DNA of 64,000 bases from Candidatus Multivoradales bacterium (GTDB taxonomy: Bacteria; Acidobacteriota; Thermoanaerobaculia; Multivoradales; JAHEKO01). The translations under genes and the position numbers were made by a program. Location of the stretch: contig CBDCVR010000014.1 in assembly GCA_965223155.1 (NCBI GenBank), positions 1,216,001 to 1,280,000 on the forward strand. Reading direction: 5' to 3'. Below the pieces are notes generated by a model, which saw only the letters and a program-made list of their open reading frames with translations, had not been told where the DNA came from and did not search any database. Below, one piece after another: positions 38,863-49,423 of the stretch (within the stretch, counting starts at the first letter, position 1; every line of letters starts with the position of its first letter).

Positions 38863-40087
38863 GGGCTCCGAAGCTCTCGAGGACTTCGAGAGCCAGGTCG
38901 ACGTCGGCCACGGTGTGGGCCGCCGAGATCTGAAACCGGATCTCTTCGTCGCCCTTGGGTACCACCGGGTAGTTGAGGCCGGTGGCCAGAACGCCATGCT
39001 CGAAGAGATGCTCTACCAGCGCCGCCGTTCTGGGGGTGTCGCGGACCACCAGTGGCACCACCGGATGCTCGCCGGGAATGGTCTCGAAGCCCAGATCGAC
39101 CAAGCCCTGCTCGAAGCGGGCGGTCATGGAGCGTAGGTGTTCCAGAAGCCGGTGGCCCTCCTCTGAGTCCACCAGCCGCAAGGCCGCCCGGGCCGCCGCC
39201 GCCTCGCCCACCGTGATCGGGTTCGAGTAGATGTACATGGGCGCGGTTTCGCGCAGGTAGCGCACCAGCGCGGCACTGCCCACGACGTAGCCGCCGTTGA
39301 CTCCGAAGGCCTTGCCCAGCGTGCCGACCAGGATGTCGGAGGCCGGAGCGCCCGTGTGCTCCTCCGTGCCCCGGCCGGTGGCGCCAAACGCGCCCACGCC
39401 GTGGGAGTCGTCGGTCATGACCGCCACGTTTTGCGGAAACTCGGCATCGAACTTCCGCGCAAGATCCATCATCTCGGCCAGCGGCGCCCAATCGCCGCGC
39501 ATGCTGAAGATGCCGTCGGTCACCACGACCACCCGGTCGGCTTCGCCCACGCACTCGGCGAGCTTGGCCTCGAGATCGGCCATGTCCGAGTGTTTGTAGA
39601 TTCTCTTGACCTTGGGACGCGCCAGGCGCATGGCGTTGATGATGCAGTTGTGGTTGAGCTCGTCCGAGACGATGGCCGTCGCGGGACTGGTCAGGGGCGC
39701 CAGAACACCGACCACCGTGGCGTAGGCTGAGCTGAAGATCATGCCCGCCTCCCGGCCGTGAAAGGCGGCCAGTTCGCGCTCGAGCTCGAGATGCGGCCGG
39801 TAGGTGCCGCTGATGAAACGCACCGCCCCGGGGCCGGCCCCGAACGCCGCAGTCGCTTCTTCTTCGGCGGTCTTGAGCTCGGCGCGATCGGCGAGGCCCA
39901 GATAGCCATTCGAGTTCATGCGCAGGAACTCGCGGTCGCCCTCGCCCGCCAGCAGCACGCGCGGACCGCGTTCCTCGGCGGCCGGCAGCACCGCAACGAT
40001 CTCGGTCTCGGCCCCCTTGGCGCGGCCGTCCGCTTCGAGCTCGGCGACCGCCGCGCTCAGCGCCCGGTCCAATCGATCCTTCGGCAT
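38852..40087 (-). CDS. kbl: Glycine C-acetyltransferase (2-amino-3-ketobutyrate CoA ligase)
   Basis: NGYLGL, VRFISGT, SDELNH, TDGIFSM, DDSH, GTLGKA. Adjacent to the threonine dehydrogenase. Confidence 0.85.
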   Translation of the reverse strand: MPKDRLDRALSAAVAELEADGRAKGAETEIVAVLPAAEERGPRVLLAGEGDREFLRMNSNGYLGLADRAELKTAEEEATAAFGAGPGAVRFISGTYRPHLELERELAAFHGREAGMIFSSAYATVVGVLAPLTSPATAIVSDELNHNCIINAMRLARPKVKRIYKHSDMADLEAKLAECVGEADRVVVVTDGIFSMRGDWAPLAEMMDLARKFDAEFPQNVAVMTDDSHGVGAFGATGRGTEEHTGAPASDILVGTLGKAFGVNGGYVVGSAALVRYLRETAPMYIYSNPITVGEAAAARAALRLVDSEEGHRLLEHLRSMTARFEQGLVDLGFETIPGEHPVVPLVVRDTPRTAALVEHLFEHGVLATGLNYPVVPKGDEEIRFQISAAHTVADVDLALEVLESFGAPTA

Positions 40088-40155
40088 GGCTGGGATTCTC
40101 CCGTCGTTTCCTGTCTCGCGCGGATCCTGGACCGATTCCGGCCCGACGCGCGGCC

Positions 40156-41121
40156 TCAGTCCCCCGACTCGCCGGCACCCTCCAGGCGCCGGCCGAGCTG
40201 GTCGAGCATGTCTCGGGTCATGGTCTCGAGATCGTACTCCGGCAGCCAGTCCCACTCGGCCCGGGCCGCCGAATCATCGATCGAGTCCGGCCATGAGTCG
40301 GCGATCGCCTGGCGCACCGGATCGATCTCGTACTCGATCCGGAACCCGGGAAGGTGCTTGCGAATCTCGGCCGCCAGCTCGGCCGGGGTGAAGCTCATGG
40401 CGGTGATGTTGAAAGAGTTCCTATGCGCGAGCCGGCCGGCATCCGCCTCCATGACCTCCATCGCCGCCCGGATCGCATCCGGCATGTACGTCATGTCGAG
40501 CCGGGTGTCGGCCCCGAGAAAACAGGTGTAGTGCGCGTAGCGAATGGCCTGGTAGAAGATGTCCACGGCGTAATCGGTGGTGCCGCCTCCGGGCTTTGCG
40601 ACGTAGGAAATGAGACCCGGAAAGCGCACGCCGCGCGTATCGACGCCGAAGCGCGAGTGGTAGTAGTCGCACAGAAGCTCGCCCGCGACCTTGGTCACGC
40701 CATACATCGTCGTCGGCCGCTGAACGGTGACCTGCGGCGTGCCGACCGCCGGGGTCCCCGGACCGAAGGCGCCGATCGAGCTCGGAAAGAAAACCGCCAG
40801 GCCACTCTGCCGGGCCACTTCGAGCACCCGGTAGAGGCCGCCCATGTTGATGTCCCAAGCCACCTGGGGCTTTTCCTCGGCCACCGCCGAAAGCAGCGCC
40901 GCCAGGTGATAGACGGTGTCGATGTCGTGCCGGCGCACCGCCTCGCGCACCTGGCTCAAGCTGGTGCAGTCCACGAACTCGAACGGGCCCTCGAGACCCG
41001 TGTCGGCGGGCATCCGGATGTCCGAGGCCACCACGTTGTCGGCGCCGTAGCGCCGGCGCAGCGCCGCCACCAGCTCTGAGCCGATCTGCCCGAGGGCGCC
41101 CGTGACGAGAATTCGTTTCAT
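40156..41121 (-). CDS. tdh: L-threonine 3-dehydrogenase, SDR/epimerase type
   Basis: GALGQIGSEL, LAALLSA, PSSIGAFG, YGVTK, PGGGTTDYAV, QAIADSWP. Confidence 0.9.
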   Translation of the reverse strand: MKRILVTGALGQIGSELVAALRRRYGADNVVASDIRMPADTGLEGPFEFVDCTSLSQVREAVRRHDIDTVYHLAALLSAVAEEKPQVAWDINMGGLYRVLEVARQSGLAVFFPSSIGAFGPGTPAVGTPQVTVQRPTTMYGVTKVAGELLCDYYHSRFGVDTRGVRFPGLISYVAKPGGGTTDYAVDIFYQAIRYAHYTCFLGADTRLDMTYMPDAIRAAMEVMEADAGRLAHRNSFNITAMSFTPAELAAEIRKHLPGFRIEYEIDPVRQAIADSWPDSIDDSAARAEWDWLPEYDLETMTRDMLDQLGRRLEGAGESGD

Positions 41122-41209
41122 ACCGCGTTCCAGACGCCCGATCGTACCGGCTCGAATCCGCGAACGGTAGGCGGGACGAGTTGAATCCAGACGGGAACGC
41201 TACCAACCG

Positions 41210-43597
41210 CTAGTTGAGGTACCCCAGCGCCCGCAGCTCGTCGAGGGCCGCCTCATCCAGCTCGACTTCGGCGCGATCCGCGGCGAAACCCTTCGCCAGA
41301 CGAAGATTGGCGTTCTGGAGCCTGTGTGCCGCATCCAACATAGCCAGCGCTCTTGGATCGTCCGCACCCAGATCCCGGGTCTCACCTGGATCGACCGACA
41401 AATCGTAAAGCTCGACGCCGCGTCGGTTGGGAAGGATGAGCTTGAGCTCGTCACGAACGAGAGCGATCGCGCGCTCGAAGCCGTACCGGTCAAGCGCTCG
41501 CCCCTGGCTCAGGGTAAAGGCTGGGGGCGGACCCTGCCCGGCAAGAAACGGCAGGAGGGACCCGCCCTGCGCCTGGCGGAGTGGAGCCGAGCCCAGGAGA
41601 TCGAGAAGCGTCGGCCCGAGATCGATATGGCTCACGGGTTCCGAGACGCGGGCCCCTTCGGGCAGCACGGGAGCCCGCAGAATCAGCGGTACGTGGAGCA
41701 GCTCCTCGTAAAGCTGATTGTGCCGGAAGCGTCCATGTTCGCCGAACTCCTCACCGTGGTCGGCGGTGAGCGCAACTACCGCTCGCGGCACAAGCCGATC
41801 AACGGCCTCGAGCAGCCTCCCGACGTCCCGGTCGATTTCACGGATCTCGCCGTCGTAGAGGGCGCGAAGATCCGCCACGTCGGCTTCGGACTCCCGATCT
41901 ACCGAATTCCACTGAGCGTTCTTGAGTCGTTCATACTGACTGCGCCCTTCCACGTTGGCGGCCTCGATTTCGAGCTCGGCGCCGAAGAGCACGGACCCAG
42001 GTTCCTGAGTCCGAAACATCGCATCAAACGGCGGCCCGGGCATGTAGGGATCATGGACGTGGTAGGTGTGGACGAAGAGAAAGAACCGGCCGCCGGGACG
42101 GCTTTCCAGCCAGTGGATGGCCGCGTCGAACGACTCGCCCCGTGCGTTCTCGTAGCGGCCAAACCCCCGATCGAAGCCGAAGCGCTCCGAGACGTTGCCT
42201 CCGCCGTGGAAGGCCACGGTCTCGAAGCCCTGACGCTCCAGGCTCTGTGCAAGGGTTTCGATCTCCTGGGACGGCTGCTTGGAGGGCTCGTCGAATCGCG
42301 CGTTCTGGACGCCATGCACCGACGGATAGAGCGATGTAAAGAGAGCCATGTGGGAGTCGGCAGTCCGGTGGGACAGCGACCGGGCCGTCTCGAAAAGCAC
42401 CGCCCGTCGAGCAAACGCGTCGAGGTTCGGTGACGTCGGTAGCTCATACCCATAGGCGCCCAAGTGATCGGCACGGAGGGTATCGATCGAGATCAGAATC
42501 AAGCTGCAATCGTCGCAGCGAGCCAACGGCGGCGAAGCATCCGATCCGCAGCCGGTGGCGACAATCGCCGCTGCTAGGACCAACGCTCCACGCAACAGGC
42601 CGAGCATCCTGCGACCGATGTAGGAGCCGAGCGAGCCGCGACGGGTCCGGTTGGCGTAGAGACCCCGCATCAACCCCACCGGCGTGCTCGCGAGCCAGCC
42701 CAGCATGCGAAACGACGAACCCGCGACGGGTTCGGTCTGGTATCCGAGCTCCGCCATCCCCCGCCGGCATACGACCTGAGCTATCCCCTGCTCCGCCCGG
42801 GGCAGCTCCCGACGCCAGCGGTCGACCGAATCCCGAAAGATGCCGCCAGGCTTGTGAGAGAACGAACTGTTGCCGCCCTCAACATCCAGTTGGGCGGGCT
42901 CGAAGACCTCTCCGACAAAGTCCATCACCCGCCGTGCCGCCGTCTCCGGCTCACGCACCAGATCTTCGTACCGCACCGCGAGCGGACCGGACGAACCGGC
43001 CTTCCAGTCCTCTCGCCCGAGCCGGCCCACCGTGGCAGCCCAAAGAAGAGAGGTCACGACGGGATGGTAGATGGCGCGCAACCGCGCCTGGTTCTCCGCG
43101 GAGCCACCACGCTTCCACTTGCAGCGGTAGGAGGCCAGGTACCCGCGCGGATCACGTACCGTGACGACAAACCGAGCATCGGGAAAGAGCGCCGCAATCT
43201 GATCCAGCCGAAAGACGTCTTTGGGCATGTGACAGCACCATCGCCGCTTGCCCGCCGCATCCGCCTGCTCGCCGAGGAACGCGGCCAGAAGCTCCGCATA
43301 GCTCGAGCTCCGGTCCAGCCGCGACCGGCGCTCGGGCTCGGCAAAGATCCGATCGCACTTGTGCTGGGCCTCCGCGAATCCGGTTCGGCCGTAGAGTGTC
43401 AGCAGGCGCTCGACCGCCTTAGCTCGAGCGTCGGGCAGACGCAGATCGCCGAGCTCACGCCGCCGGCTGTAAACATCCTCGAAGAAATGGCACTCTCCGC
43501 CGTAGAAGATCCGCGAGTGTCCTCCCAAGATACGAGAGAGCAGGGTCGAGCCCGAACGCGCCAAGCCGACGACGAAGACGGCGCCCTCTCGGCTCAA
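41210..43597 (-). CDS. Sulfotransferase (N-terminal) / sulfatase-like (C-terminal) fusion
   Basis: TTG at 43597 overlaps the upstream stop. 5'-PSB GLARSGSTLL, 3'-PB VRDPR..LAS, RYEDLV. Internal hydrophobic segment with lipobox [29 protein letters not shown]. Confidence 0.85.
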   Translation of the reverse strand: MSREGAVFVVGLARSGSTLLSRILGGHSRIFYGGECHFFEDVYSRRRELGDLRLPDARAKAVERLLTLYGRTGFAEAQHKCDRIFAEPERRSRLDRSSSYAELLAAFLGEQADAAGKRRWCCHMPKDVFRLDQIAALFPDARFVVTVRDPRGYLASYRCKWKRGGSAENQARLRAIYHPVVTSLLWAATVGRLGREDWKAGSSGPLAVRYEDLVREPETAARRVMDFVGEVFEPAQLDVEGGNSSFSHKPGGIFRDSVDRWRRELPRAEQGIAQVVCRRGMAELGYQTEPVAGSSFRMLGWLASTPVGLMRGLYANRTRRGSLGSYIGRRMLGLLRGALVLAAAIVATGCGSDASPPLARCDDCSLILISIDTLRADHLGAYGYELPTSPNLDAFARRAVLFETARSLSHRTADSHMALFTSLYPSVHGVQNARFDEPSKQPSQEIETLAQSLERQGFETVAFHGGGNVSERFGFDRGFGRYENARGESFDAAIHWLESRPGGRFFLFVHTYHVHDPYMPGPPFDAMFRTQEPGSVLFGAELEIEAANVEGRSQYERLKNAQWNSVDRESEADVADLRALYDGEIREIDRDVGRLLEAVDRLVPRAVVALTADHGEEFGEHGRFRHNQLYEELLHVPLILRAPVLPEGARVSEPVSHIDLGPTLLDLLGSAPLRQAQGGSLLPFLAGQGPPPAFTLSQGRALDRYGFERAIALVRDELKLILPNRRGVELYDLSVDPGETRDLGADDPRALAMLDAAHRLQNANLRLAKGFAADRAEVELDEAALDELRALGYLN

Positions 43598-44838
43598 GCC
43601 CGGCCACCCTGGTGCCGCTTTTCGAGCGGAGAAACTGCGCCCTCGAAGACATGGTCGTACGCGGCGGCGAGCGCGGGCTTCGAATGCTCCCACAGCAGTC
43701 CCGACCGCACCCGGCGCCTCGAGCCCGCCGCCATTCGAGCTCGTCGCTCAGGATCCCCTAGCAGCTCTTCGATGGCATCGGCCATCCGTTCTTCCGAGTT
43801 GGGCTCTACGTAGACCGCGCCCTCATCCGCCGACACTCGATGTTCGGTCAGATCGAAGCAGACGATCGGACAGCCGAACACCATGTAGTCGAGAATCTTG
43901 TTCATCGTCGATCGGTCCGACCACTCCGTCTTTGGGTCGGGATCGATCCCCAGGTCGGCCGTGGCCAGGTGCCGGGCCACATCACGATCTGGCAAGAAAC
44001 CCGGAAACCAGCAGGATTCCGCGATTCCGAGCTCGCCGGCCAGCCTCTTGAGAGCGGGCTGCTCCGGCCCCTCTCCGATCAAGGTGAACTGAATATCCAG
44101 CCGTCCCCGATCGGCTACCAGAATCCGAATCGCCCGCATCAAGTAGTCGACGCCGTCTTGCTCGCACATCTTTCCGAGGTAGACGCACAGGTATGCCCGC
44201 CCTCGTCGCAGCTCCGGCTCAGGCTCGGCTTCGACGATGCGCTCCCGGTCCGGCCCTGAGCGAACCACAAAGACGTCTGCCGGGCGCCGGCGTCCCCGAC
44301 CGCACGCAATCTCCTTGTACGACTCGTTGGTCGCCAACACCGTGTTCGCGGTCGCGAACGTTCTTCGCTCGAGCCAGCTCAGCCCGCGCAGCAGCACTCC
44401 TCGATCCCGCCCGTACTTGGCTCGGTACATCTCCGGCGACAGATCGTGGTGATCGAAGACGAACCGGACTCCGAACGGTCGCCACAAGAGCGCTAACAGC
44501 CAATAGGTCTCAGGCGGATTGCAAGCGTGAATCACGCGAAAGCCACGGCCCGTCAGCCGCACCCAAACCGACAGTGCCAACGCCCAGAGCCAGCACCAGG
44601 CGAACTCAAACACGTACCCCGGTGCGCCTCGTGCCTCAAGCGGCATCGGATAGCGGCGTACGTGGACACCATCGAGATCCTCGAACCAACGTCGGTGGCG
44701 AGAGTCCTTGGGACAGATGACCGTCACAGGATGCCCGAAGTCACGGAGCGTCCTGGCGATCGACCAGCTCCTGCGGTCGTAAGGTACGGGCAGGTCCTGG
44801 ACGATGATCAGGACGGACCGCTCAGAGGCTCGGGACAT
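43594..44838 (-). CDS. GT4 glycosyltransferase
   Basis: HACNPP, FDHHDLSPE, QDGVD, STMNK..YM..G.PIV.FD. Confidence 0.9.
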   Translation of the reverse strand: MSRASERSVLIIVQDLPVPYDRRSWSIARTLRDFGHPVTVICPKDSRHRRWFEDLDGVHVRRYPMPLEARGAPGYVFEFAWCWLWALALSVWVRLTGRGFRVIHACNPPETYWLLALLWRPFGVRFVFDHHDLSPEMYRAKYGRDRGVLLRGLSWLERRTFATANTVLATNESYKEIACGRGRRRPADVFVVRSGPDRERIVEAEPEPELRRGRAYLCVYLGKMCEQDGVDYLMRAIRILVADRGRLDIQFTLIGEGPEQPALKRLAGELGIAESCWFPGFLPDRDVARHLATADLGIDPDPKTEWSDRSTMNKILDYMVFGCPIVCFDLTEHRVSADEGAVYVEPNSEERMADAIEELLGDPERRARMAAGSRRRVRSGLLWEHSKPALAAAYDHVFEGAVSPLEKRHQGGRA

Positions 44839-46192
44839 CGCTGGCCGTCTTTCGATACGCGGTCGGCAAACCGCCCTCGCGAGTCTTGCCGAAGGCCGAA
44901 CGGGCCAACTCCGCAGCCAGATCCACGACTCGAAACTTCCCGGCCGCCTGCGTGAGCCGAGCATCGGACGGGTCGGAACAAACCACGACCCGGCTACGGG
45001 CCAATACCTCCTCGACGCTCGTCCACAGACCGACTTGGTGGGACGGCAGACGGGACTGCGCCATCCAGTCTCGAATCTCTGCGAGTCGATCGCGTCGAAA
45101 GTTCTCGTCATACAGATGGACGGCGAAGCCCTGTTCAACGAGGGCTCGGGTCATCGCCAGAACCGGACTTTGACGGAACTCGTCCGTGCCCGGTTTGAAG
45201 GCAACGCTCAGAAACCCGATTGCGCCCGAGCCCTCGTCTCGAGCCGCCTCCGCGAGCAGAGCCACCGCCCGCTCGAGCTGCTCCGTGTTGGAAGCGGCCA
45301 CGTTCTCGAGCACCGGCAGCACAACGCCCCCGTACCGAGCCAGCGTCCGCAACGCCTCGAGATCCTTGGGCAAGCAGGAGCCGCCGTACGGCAGGCCCGG
45401 CTCCAGATAGGCCTTCGACGTATTGAGCCGCCGGTCCCGGGCCAACTCCTCCATGACCCGGCGGCCGTCGACATCCAGCTTCCGTGCCAATCGACCGATC
45501 TCATTGGCGAAAGCCACCTTCGTCGCGTGCCAGGCGTTGGTCGCGTACTTGAGGAGCTCGGCCTCGTCCGGCGCCAGGAGAACGATCGAGCCCGCCTGCA
45601 GCTCGTAGAGCCAGCGAAGCTCGTGGAGGAGCTTCTTTTCCTCGGCGCCCACAACGAGAACGGCCGGCTCGTCGAAATCCCGAACCGCCGAACCCACCCG
45701 TGAGAACTCGGGATGACAGCCGACCCACAGTCGATCCCTGGCATGTTCGTCGGCGATCTCACGCATTCGAGAGGCCAATCGGCGGGTCGTCCCCGGAGGA
45801 ACGGTGCTGCGAATCAAGACCGTATGAGAGCACGCTCCGGTGAGGGCGAGGGCAATCTCGTCGCAGACCGACTCGACTGCGGCCAGATCGAGCTCCCCAC
45901 CGGCTTGCCCCGGCGTTCCTACGCAAACGAGAGTGAGCCGGCTCGCCCGCACCGCCCGCTCGAGGGTCATGGTCAGCGTCATGCGACCCGAGGAGATCGC
46001 CTGCTCGAGCCTCGGCGCCAGAGATGGCTCGTTGATGGTCGATACACCCGCAGCGATTCGCTCGCGCTTCACCGCATCGGCCTCGACCCCCAACACGCGG
46101 CGGCCACGAGCCGCCAGGCAAGTAGCTGTCACCAGCCCGACGTGCCCTAAGCCAACAACGGTAATGGCTTCTTGTGAGGTAGTGCTACTCAC
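44822..46192 (-). CDS. GDP-mannose/UDP-glucose 6-dehydrogenase family
   Basis: GLGHVG, CVGTP, RSTVPPG, PEF, AE..KY..N, FANE, GGSCLPKD, FKPGTD..R.SP. Confidence 0.92.
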   Translation of the reverse strand: MSSTTSQEAITVVGLGHVGLVTATCLAARGRRVLGVEADAVKRERIAAGVSTINEPSLAPRLEQAISSGRMTLTMTLERAVRASRLTLVCVGTPGQAGGELDLAAVESVCDEIALALTGACSHTVLIRSTVPPGTTRRLASRMREIADEHARDRLWVGCHPEFSRVGSAVRDFDEPAVLVVGAEEKKLLHELRWLYELQAGSIVLLAPDEAELLKYATNAWHATKVAFANEIGRLARKLDVDGRRVMEELARDRRLNTSKAYLEPGLPYGGSCLPKDLEALRTLARYGGVVLPVLENVAASNTEQLERAVALLAEAARDEGSGAIGFLSVAFKPGTDEFRQSPVLAMTRALVEQGFAVHLYDENFRRDRLAEIRDWMAQSRLPSHQVGLWTSVEEVLARSRVVVCSDPSDARLTQAAGKFRVVDLAAELARSAFGKTREGGLPTAYRKTASDVPSL

Positions 46193-48180
46193 GGAGCTCG
46201 ATGCTGGCTCAGAGGGGGGACCGGCAGGGCCGGAACGACCGAAGATCGCAGCACAATATCACTGGCAATGCACCGTCTTCCCACCAGGGTCGTGGTGTGC
46301 TCGAGCACGCCAAAGCCCGGGGAAACCCAGCCGCGGCAGGGATCGGTCGTGGCGCGGTACTCCCGTACCTCCAAAGATGGATCGAGCTCCAAGACACAGG
46401 ATACGGCTCCCGACTCGAGCCTGTAGGCGGACCGGGCCAGCCTCCGCAATCGGCAGCCCGAGCCCAGGTGAAAAAAGAGCTCGACCTCGTGCCGATGCGT
46501 GGTGTCGAGATGGTCCTCGATCACGAGACACAGCGGATCGTCCTGAAGCTCGACCCGTCGCCGCCAGATGACGGGTGAAGCCAGTCCCTCGTAGGCAAGC
46601 CTTCCCTCGACGAAGAAGGCATCACTCCCGCTTCCCGAGCCGCCTGAGCGCGCGCTCACCTTCGGCGCCGCACGCCATAGAAATCGTCCCGTCATTCGGG
46701 CCTGATCGATCCCGTCGATCCGGAGCGTATTGTGCGCGGCCGCGCTACGAAAGTAGTCGCGCCATTCCGGTTCGCAGAAATAGCCGTAGGTTCCGGTATC
46801 GACGAGAAATCTCTCGCCCCCAAAGCCCAGGGTCACACTCAGCTGATCCGCATGAGCGTGCGCCCAGGTCGGGCCGAGGCCGAAGGAGCCGGCCCTGACC
46901 GTGGTCAGGAGCTCCGTATTCGATCCTCGGTTGGCCGCAAACACGTAGAGGCCGCCATCGGGAAACGCCGTCAGCCCATCGCGCGCGGACCCGGTCGGCG
47001 CAATCGGCAGGGAAGCGGCCGTCCCCCAGGTCAGGAGTGTTCGCCGTGGTGACGGAGCGCGTCCTGCCTTCCGATCCGTTTCCACCGGCGGATGAAGCGC
47101 TGCCAGGCGCGCCGACGGGCCGTCGGCGAGCTTCAAGACGCCACTGCCGTCGCCATCGCCATAGTGCGCCATCGCGCCCGCTCGATCCGAGATCGCCACC
47201 AGCACGTCCAGCGCTCTGGCAAGTCGCCTCCAGTAGCCGTCCGGAAACGGGTCCTCGGCGGCCTCGCCCAGCGAGGCCGCTAGCACTCCCAACTCGAGGA
47301 CGAAGAGCTGGTATTCACTGGCTTGCTCCCGAAGAACGCCGTCGGGATGAATCTGCTCCAGGACAGCTCGCGATAGAGCAACCTTGGCCCGTTCGGACCA
47401 AGCACGGCTCTCGGGCCAGCAGGGCCAGCGGCGGGCCGCCAGGTAGAGCCCCGTCATCTCACCGATCAGATGGTTGTTGGCCGACGAACCGTGCGAATGT
47501 TGCCGGGCCACGACGAGCTGGTGCTGGTAGAGGGAAACGGCCAGTGACTCTCGAACGAAGTCAGTCCACCACGGAAAGTCCTCCAGAATCGCATCGACCA
47601 TGACCCAGGTGACGAGGCGAAGCGCCAACTCCAACGGGCTCTTCCAGTTGACGCCTTGCAGAAACGGATTCTGAGCTTGCCAGTCTCGACAGTGCCTGAT
47701 CAGCGCCCGGGCAAAGCGCTCATCACCGGTCCAGCGCGCGGCGAGTGCGAGCGGAACAAGATGTTGCATCCGGCTGAGCTCCCAGACGTAGCGGACGTCT
47801 CCGACCCGCTGCGGATTGCGGTGATCCAGAAAACCACAGAAGACTCGCGGGCTGCCCCGGCCCGTCCGCGGATCCCGCCGCCAGGCTTCCTCGCCATCAA
47901 GGGCAATTCCGTCGAGCTCGAAGACCGTGCCTCGATCCGCCGCCCAAACGCGAGCGACTTCAACGATTGCCTTCCTCTCGCTTTCCGCAATGAGCTCGAG
48001 AGCTCTAGCCAGGTCGATCCCAGGAGCCCGCTGCAACTCCTCCTGCTGAACAGCTCCTCCAGCGTGGCGCCGAATCGAGGCTCGACGAAGCCGGAGCCAG
48101 GCGAGGTCGCCGACACAGACCAAACGGCGGCCGATCTCCGGCGCACTCATCGCCCGCAGTCTTCGGAGCAGCCAACTCAT
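46189..48180 (-). CDS. Heparinase II/III family protein
   Basis: ATGA overlap, WELSR.QH, SANNHL..E, EQ...YQ, HAHADQLS, DTGTY.Y, AHNT..IDG. Confidence 0.9.
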   Translation of the reverse strand: MSWLLRRLRAMSAPEIGRRLVCVGDLAWLRLRRASIRRHAGGAVQQEELQRAPGIDLARALELIAESERKAIVEVARVWAADRGTVFELDGIALDGEEAWRRDPRTGRGSPRVFCGFLDHRNPQRVGDVRYVWELSRMQHLVPLALAARWTGDERFARALIRHCRDWQAQNPFLQGVNWKSPLELALRLVTWVMVDAILEDFPWWTDFVRESLAVSLYQHQLVVARQHSHGSSANNHLIGEMTGLYLAARRWPCWPESRAWSERAKVALSRAVLEQIHPDGVLREQASEYQLFVLELGVLAASLGEAAEDPFPDGYWRRLARALDVLVAISDRAGAMAHYGDGDGSGVLKLADGPSARLAALHPPVETDRKAGRAPSPRRTLLTWGTAASLPIAPTGSARDGLTAFPDGGLYVFAANRGSNTELLTTVRAGSFGLGPTWAHAHADQLSVTLGFGGERFLVDTGTYGYFCEPEWRDYFRSAAAHNTLRIDGIDQARMTGRFLWRAAPKVSARSGGSGSGSDAFFVEGRLAYEGLASPVIWRRRVELQDDPLCLVIEDHLDTTHRHEVELFFHLGSGCRLRRLARSAYRLESGAVSCVLELDPSLEVREYRATTDPCRGWVSPGFGVLEHTTTLVGRRCIASDIVLRSSVVPALPVPPLSQHRAP

Positions 48181-49385
48181 CGCACAGGCACCTGCTCCGA
48201 TCGTCCGAGCAGGTCTTCGACGGCACCAACAAAGGCCGCGGCCGTGCTCTCGATCCGAAGATGGCGAATCGAGGGCCAAGCGTCACGGCGCAGCCGCTGT
48301 CTGCGGCCCGGGTCCTTCAGGAGCTCGTCGATCGCGCCCGCATACTCGGCCGGAGAGGCGCCGCGCCGGCAGACCAGAGCGTTGGACTCGTCGAGGTAGC
48401 CAAACTCCGGGTTCTGGTCTCCGTGATCGACGACCGCCGGCGTCAACCCGTAACAGAGCGCTTGCAGGGCCCCAAAGCCCACAGGACCCGGAAAGACGAA
48501 CAGGTCACTCAGGACCATCCAGCTCGCCAGCTCGTCATCGTCAATCTCGCCCTGGTAGGTCACCCGCTCTTCGCCCAGGACGGCGCGCGCTTGGTCGACG
48601 TAGCCTCGGTCACCCGCGCCCACTACGACAAGATGCGCGTTCGAGCCTCGCACGACGAGCTCGGAGACAGCTTCGACCAAGTAGTCCCAGCGGCGCGTCC
48701 GGGTCAAGCGTCCGGCAAAGAGCAAGACACTTTGCCCGGCTAGGCCGCGCTTCGTTCTGAGGCGCTCTCGCTGCTCTGACCAATCCTGATGTCGGCGTCG
48801 ATGCTCGGCCAAATCGATGGTGTTGGCGACCGTGTAGACCCGATCCTCTGGGTAGCCGCGAGCAATCAAACTCGCTCGGACACCTTCGGAGTAGGCGAGG
48901 TACCCATCCGCCCGGATCGACAGGGCTGACTTGATGCGTTCTCGAGCTCGCTCCTGGCTCCATCGAGGAAGCCGGTTTGGATCGCGCCCCTTGCCCCAAA
49001 CCGCGATGCGCGGCCCCCCCAGAGCGCGCCGCACATGGGTCAACAAGCTAGCCAGATGCCCGAGATGGTCACCCACGATGACAAGATCGTAGGCTCCCAG
49101 GTGGCAGCCATAGTCCTGGAGCACCGGGCTTCCACCGCTCCTACCAAATACCCTTGTTGTGGTCTTCCGGACGGAGAAGCCGGCGGATGCCTCCGCCCAA
49201 TCCCGGTAGAGCAGACGGCGGCGTTGCCCGGGATCGTGAACCACCTCAAAGCGCCACCAACTCGGACGTTGATCCTCCACCTCCTGATACAACGGCACTC
49301 GGTAGTGAGGAATGACCGGGTCCTTCGCGACTAGAACCCGGCAGGGCAACGCAGCGGACGCGGAGATGGGCCGAGGTATGGACAA
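48177..49385 (-). CDS. GT4 glycosyltransferase (start uncertain)
   Basis: IPHYRVP, NTID, LFAGRL, FVFPG.VG, H..NPE. Confidence 0.82.
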   Translation of the reverse strand: MSIPRPISASAALPCRVLVAKDPVIPHYRVPLYQEVEDQRPSWWRFEVVHDPGQRRRLLYRDWAEASAGFSVRKTTTRVFGRSGGSPVLQDYGCHLGAYDLVIVGDHLGHLASLLTHVRRALGGPRIAVWGKGRDPNRLPRWSQERARERIKSALSIRADGYLAYSEGVRASLIARGYPEDRVYTVANTIDLAEHRRRHQDWSEQRERLRTKRGLAGQSVLLFAGRLTRTRRWDYLVEAVSELVVRGSNAHLVVVGAGDRGYVDQARAVLGEERVTYQGEIDDDELASWMVLSDLFVFPGPVGFGALQALCYGLTPAVVDHGDQNPEFGYLDESNALVCRRGASPAEYAGAIDELLKDPGRRQRLRRDAWPSIRHLRIESTAAAFVGAVEDLLGRSEQVPVR

Positions 49386-49423
49386 CGCTCGATATGATCC
49401 TTGATCGACCCGCGGGAGTAAAG

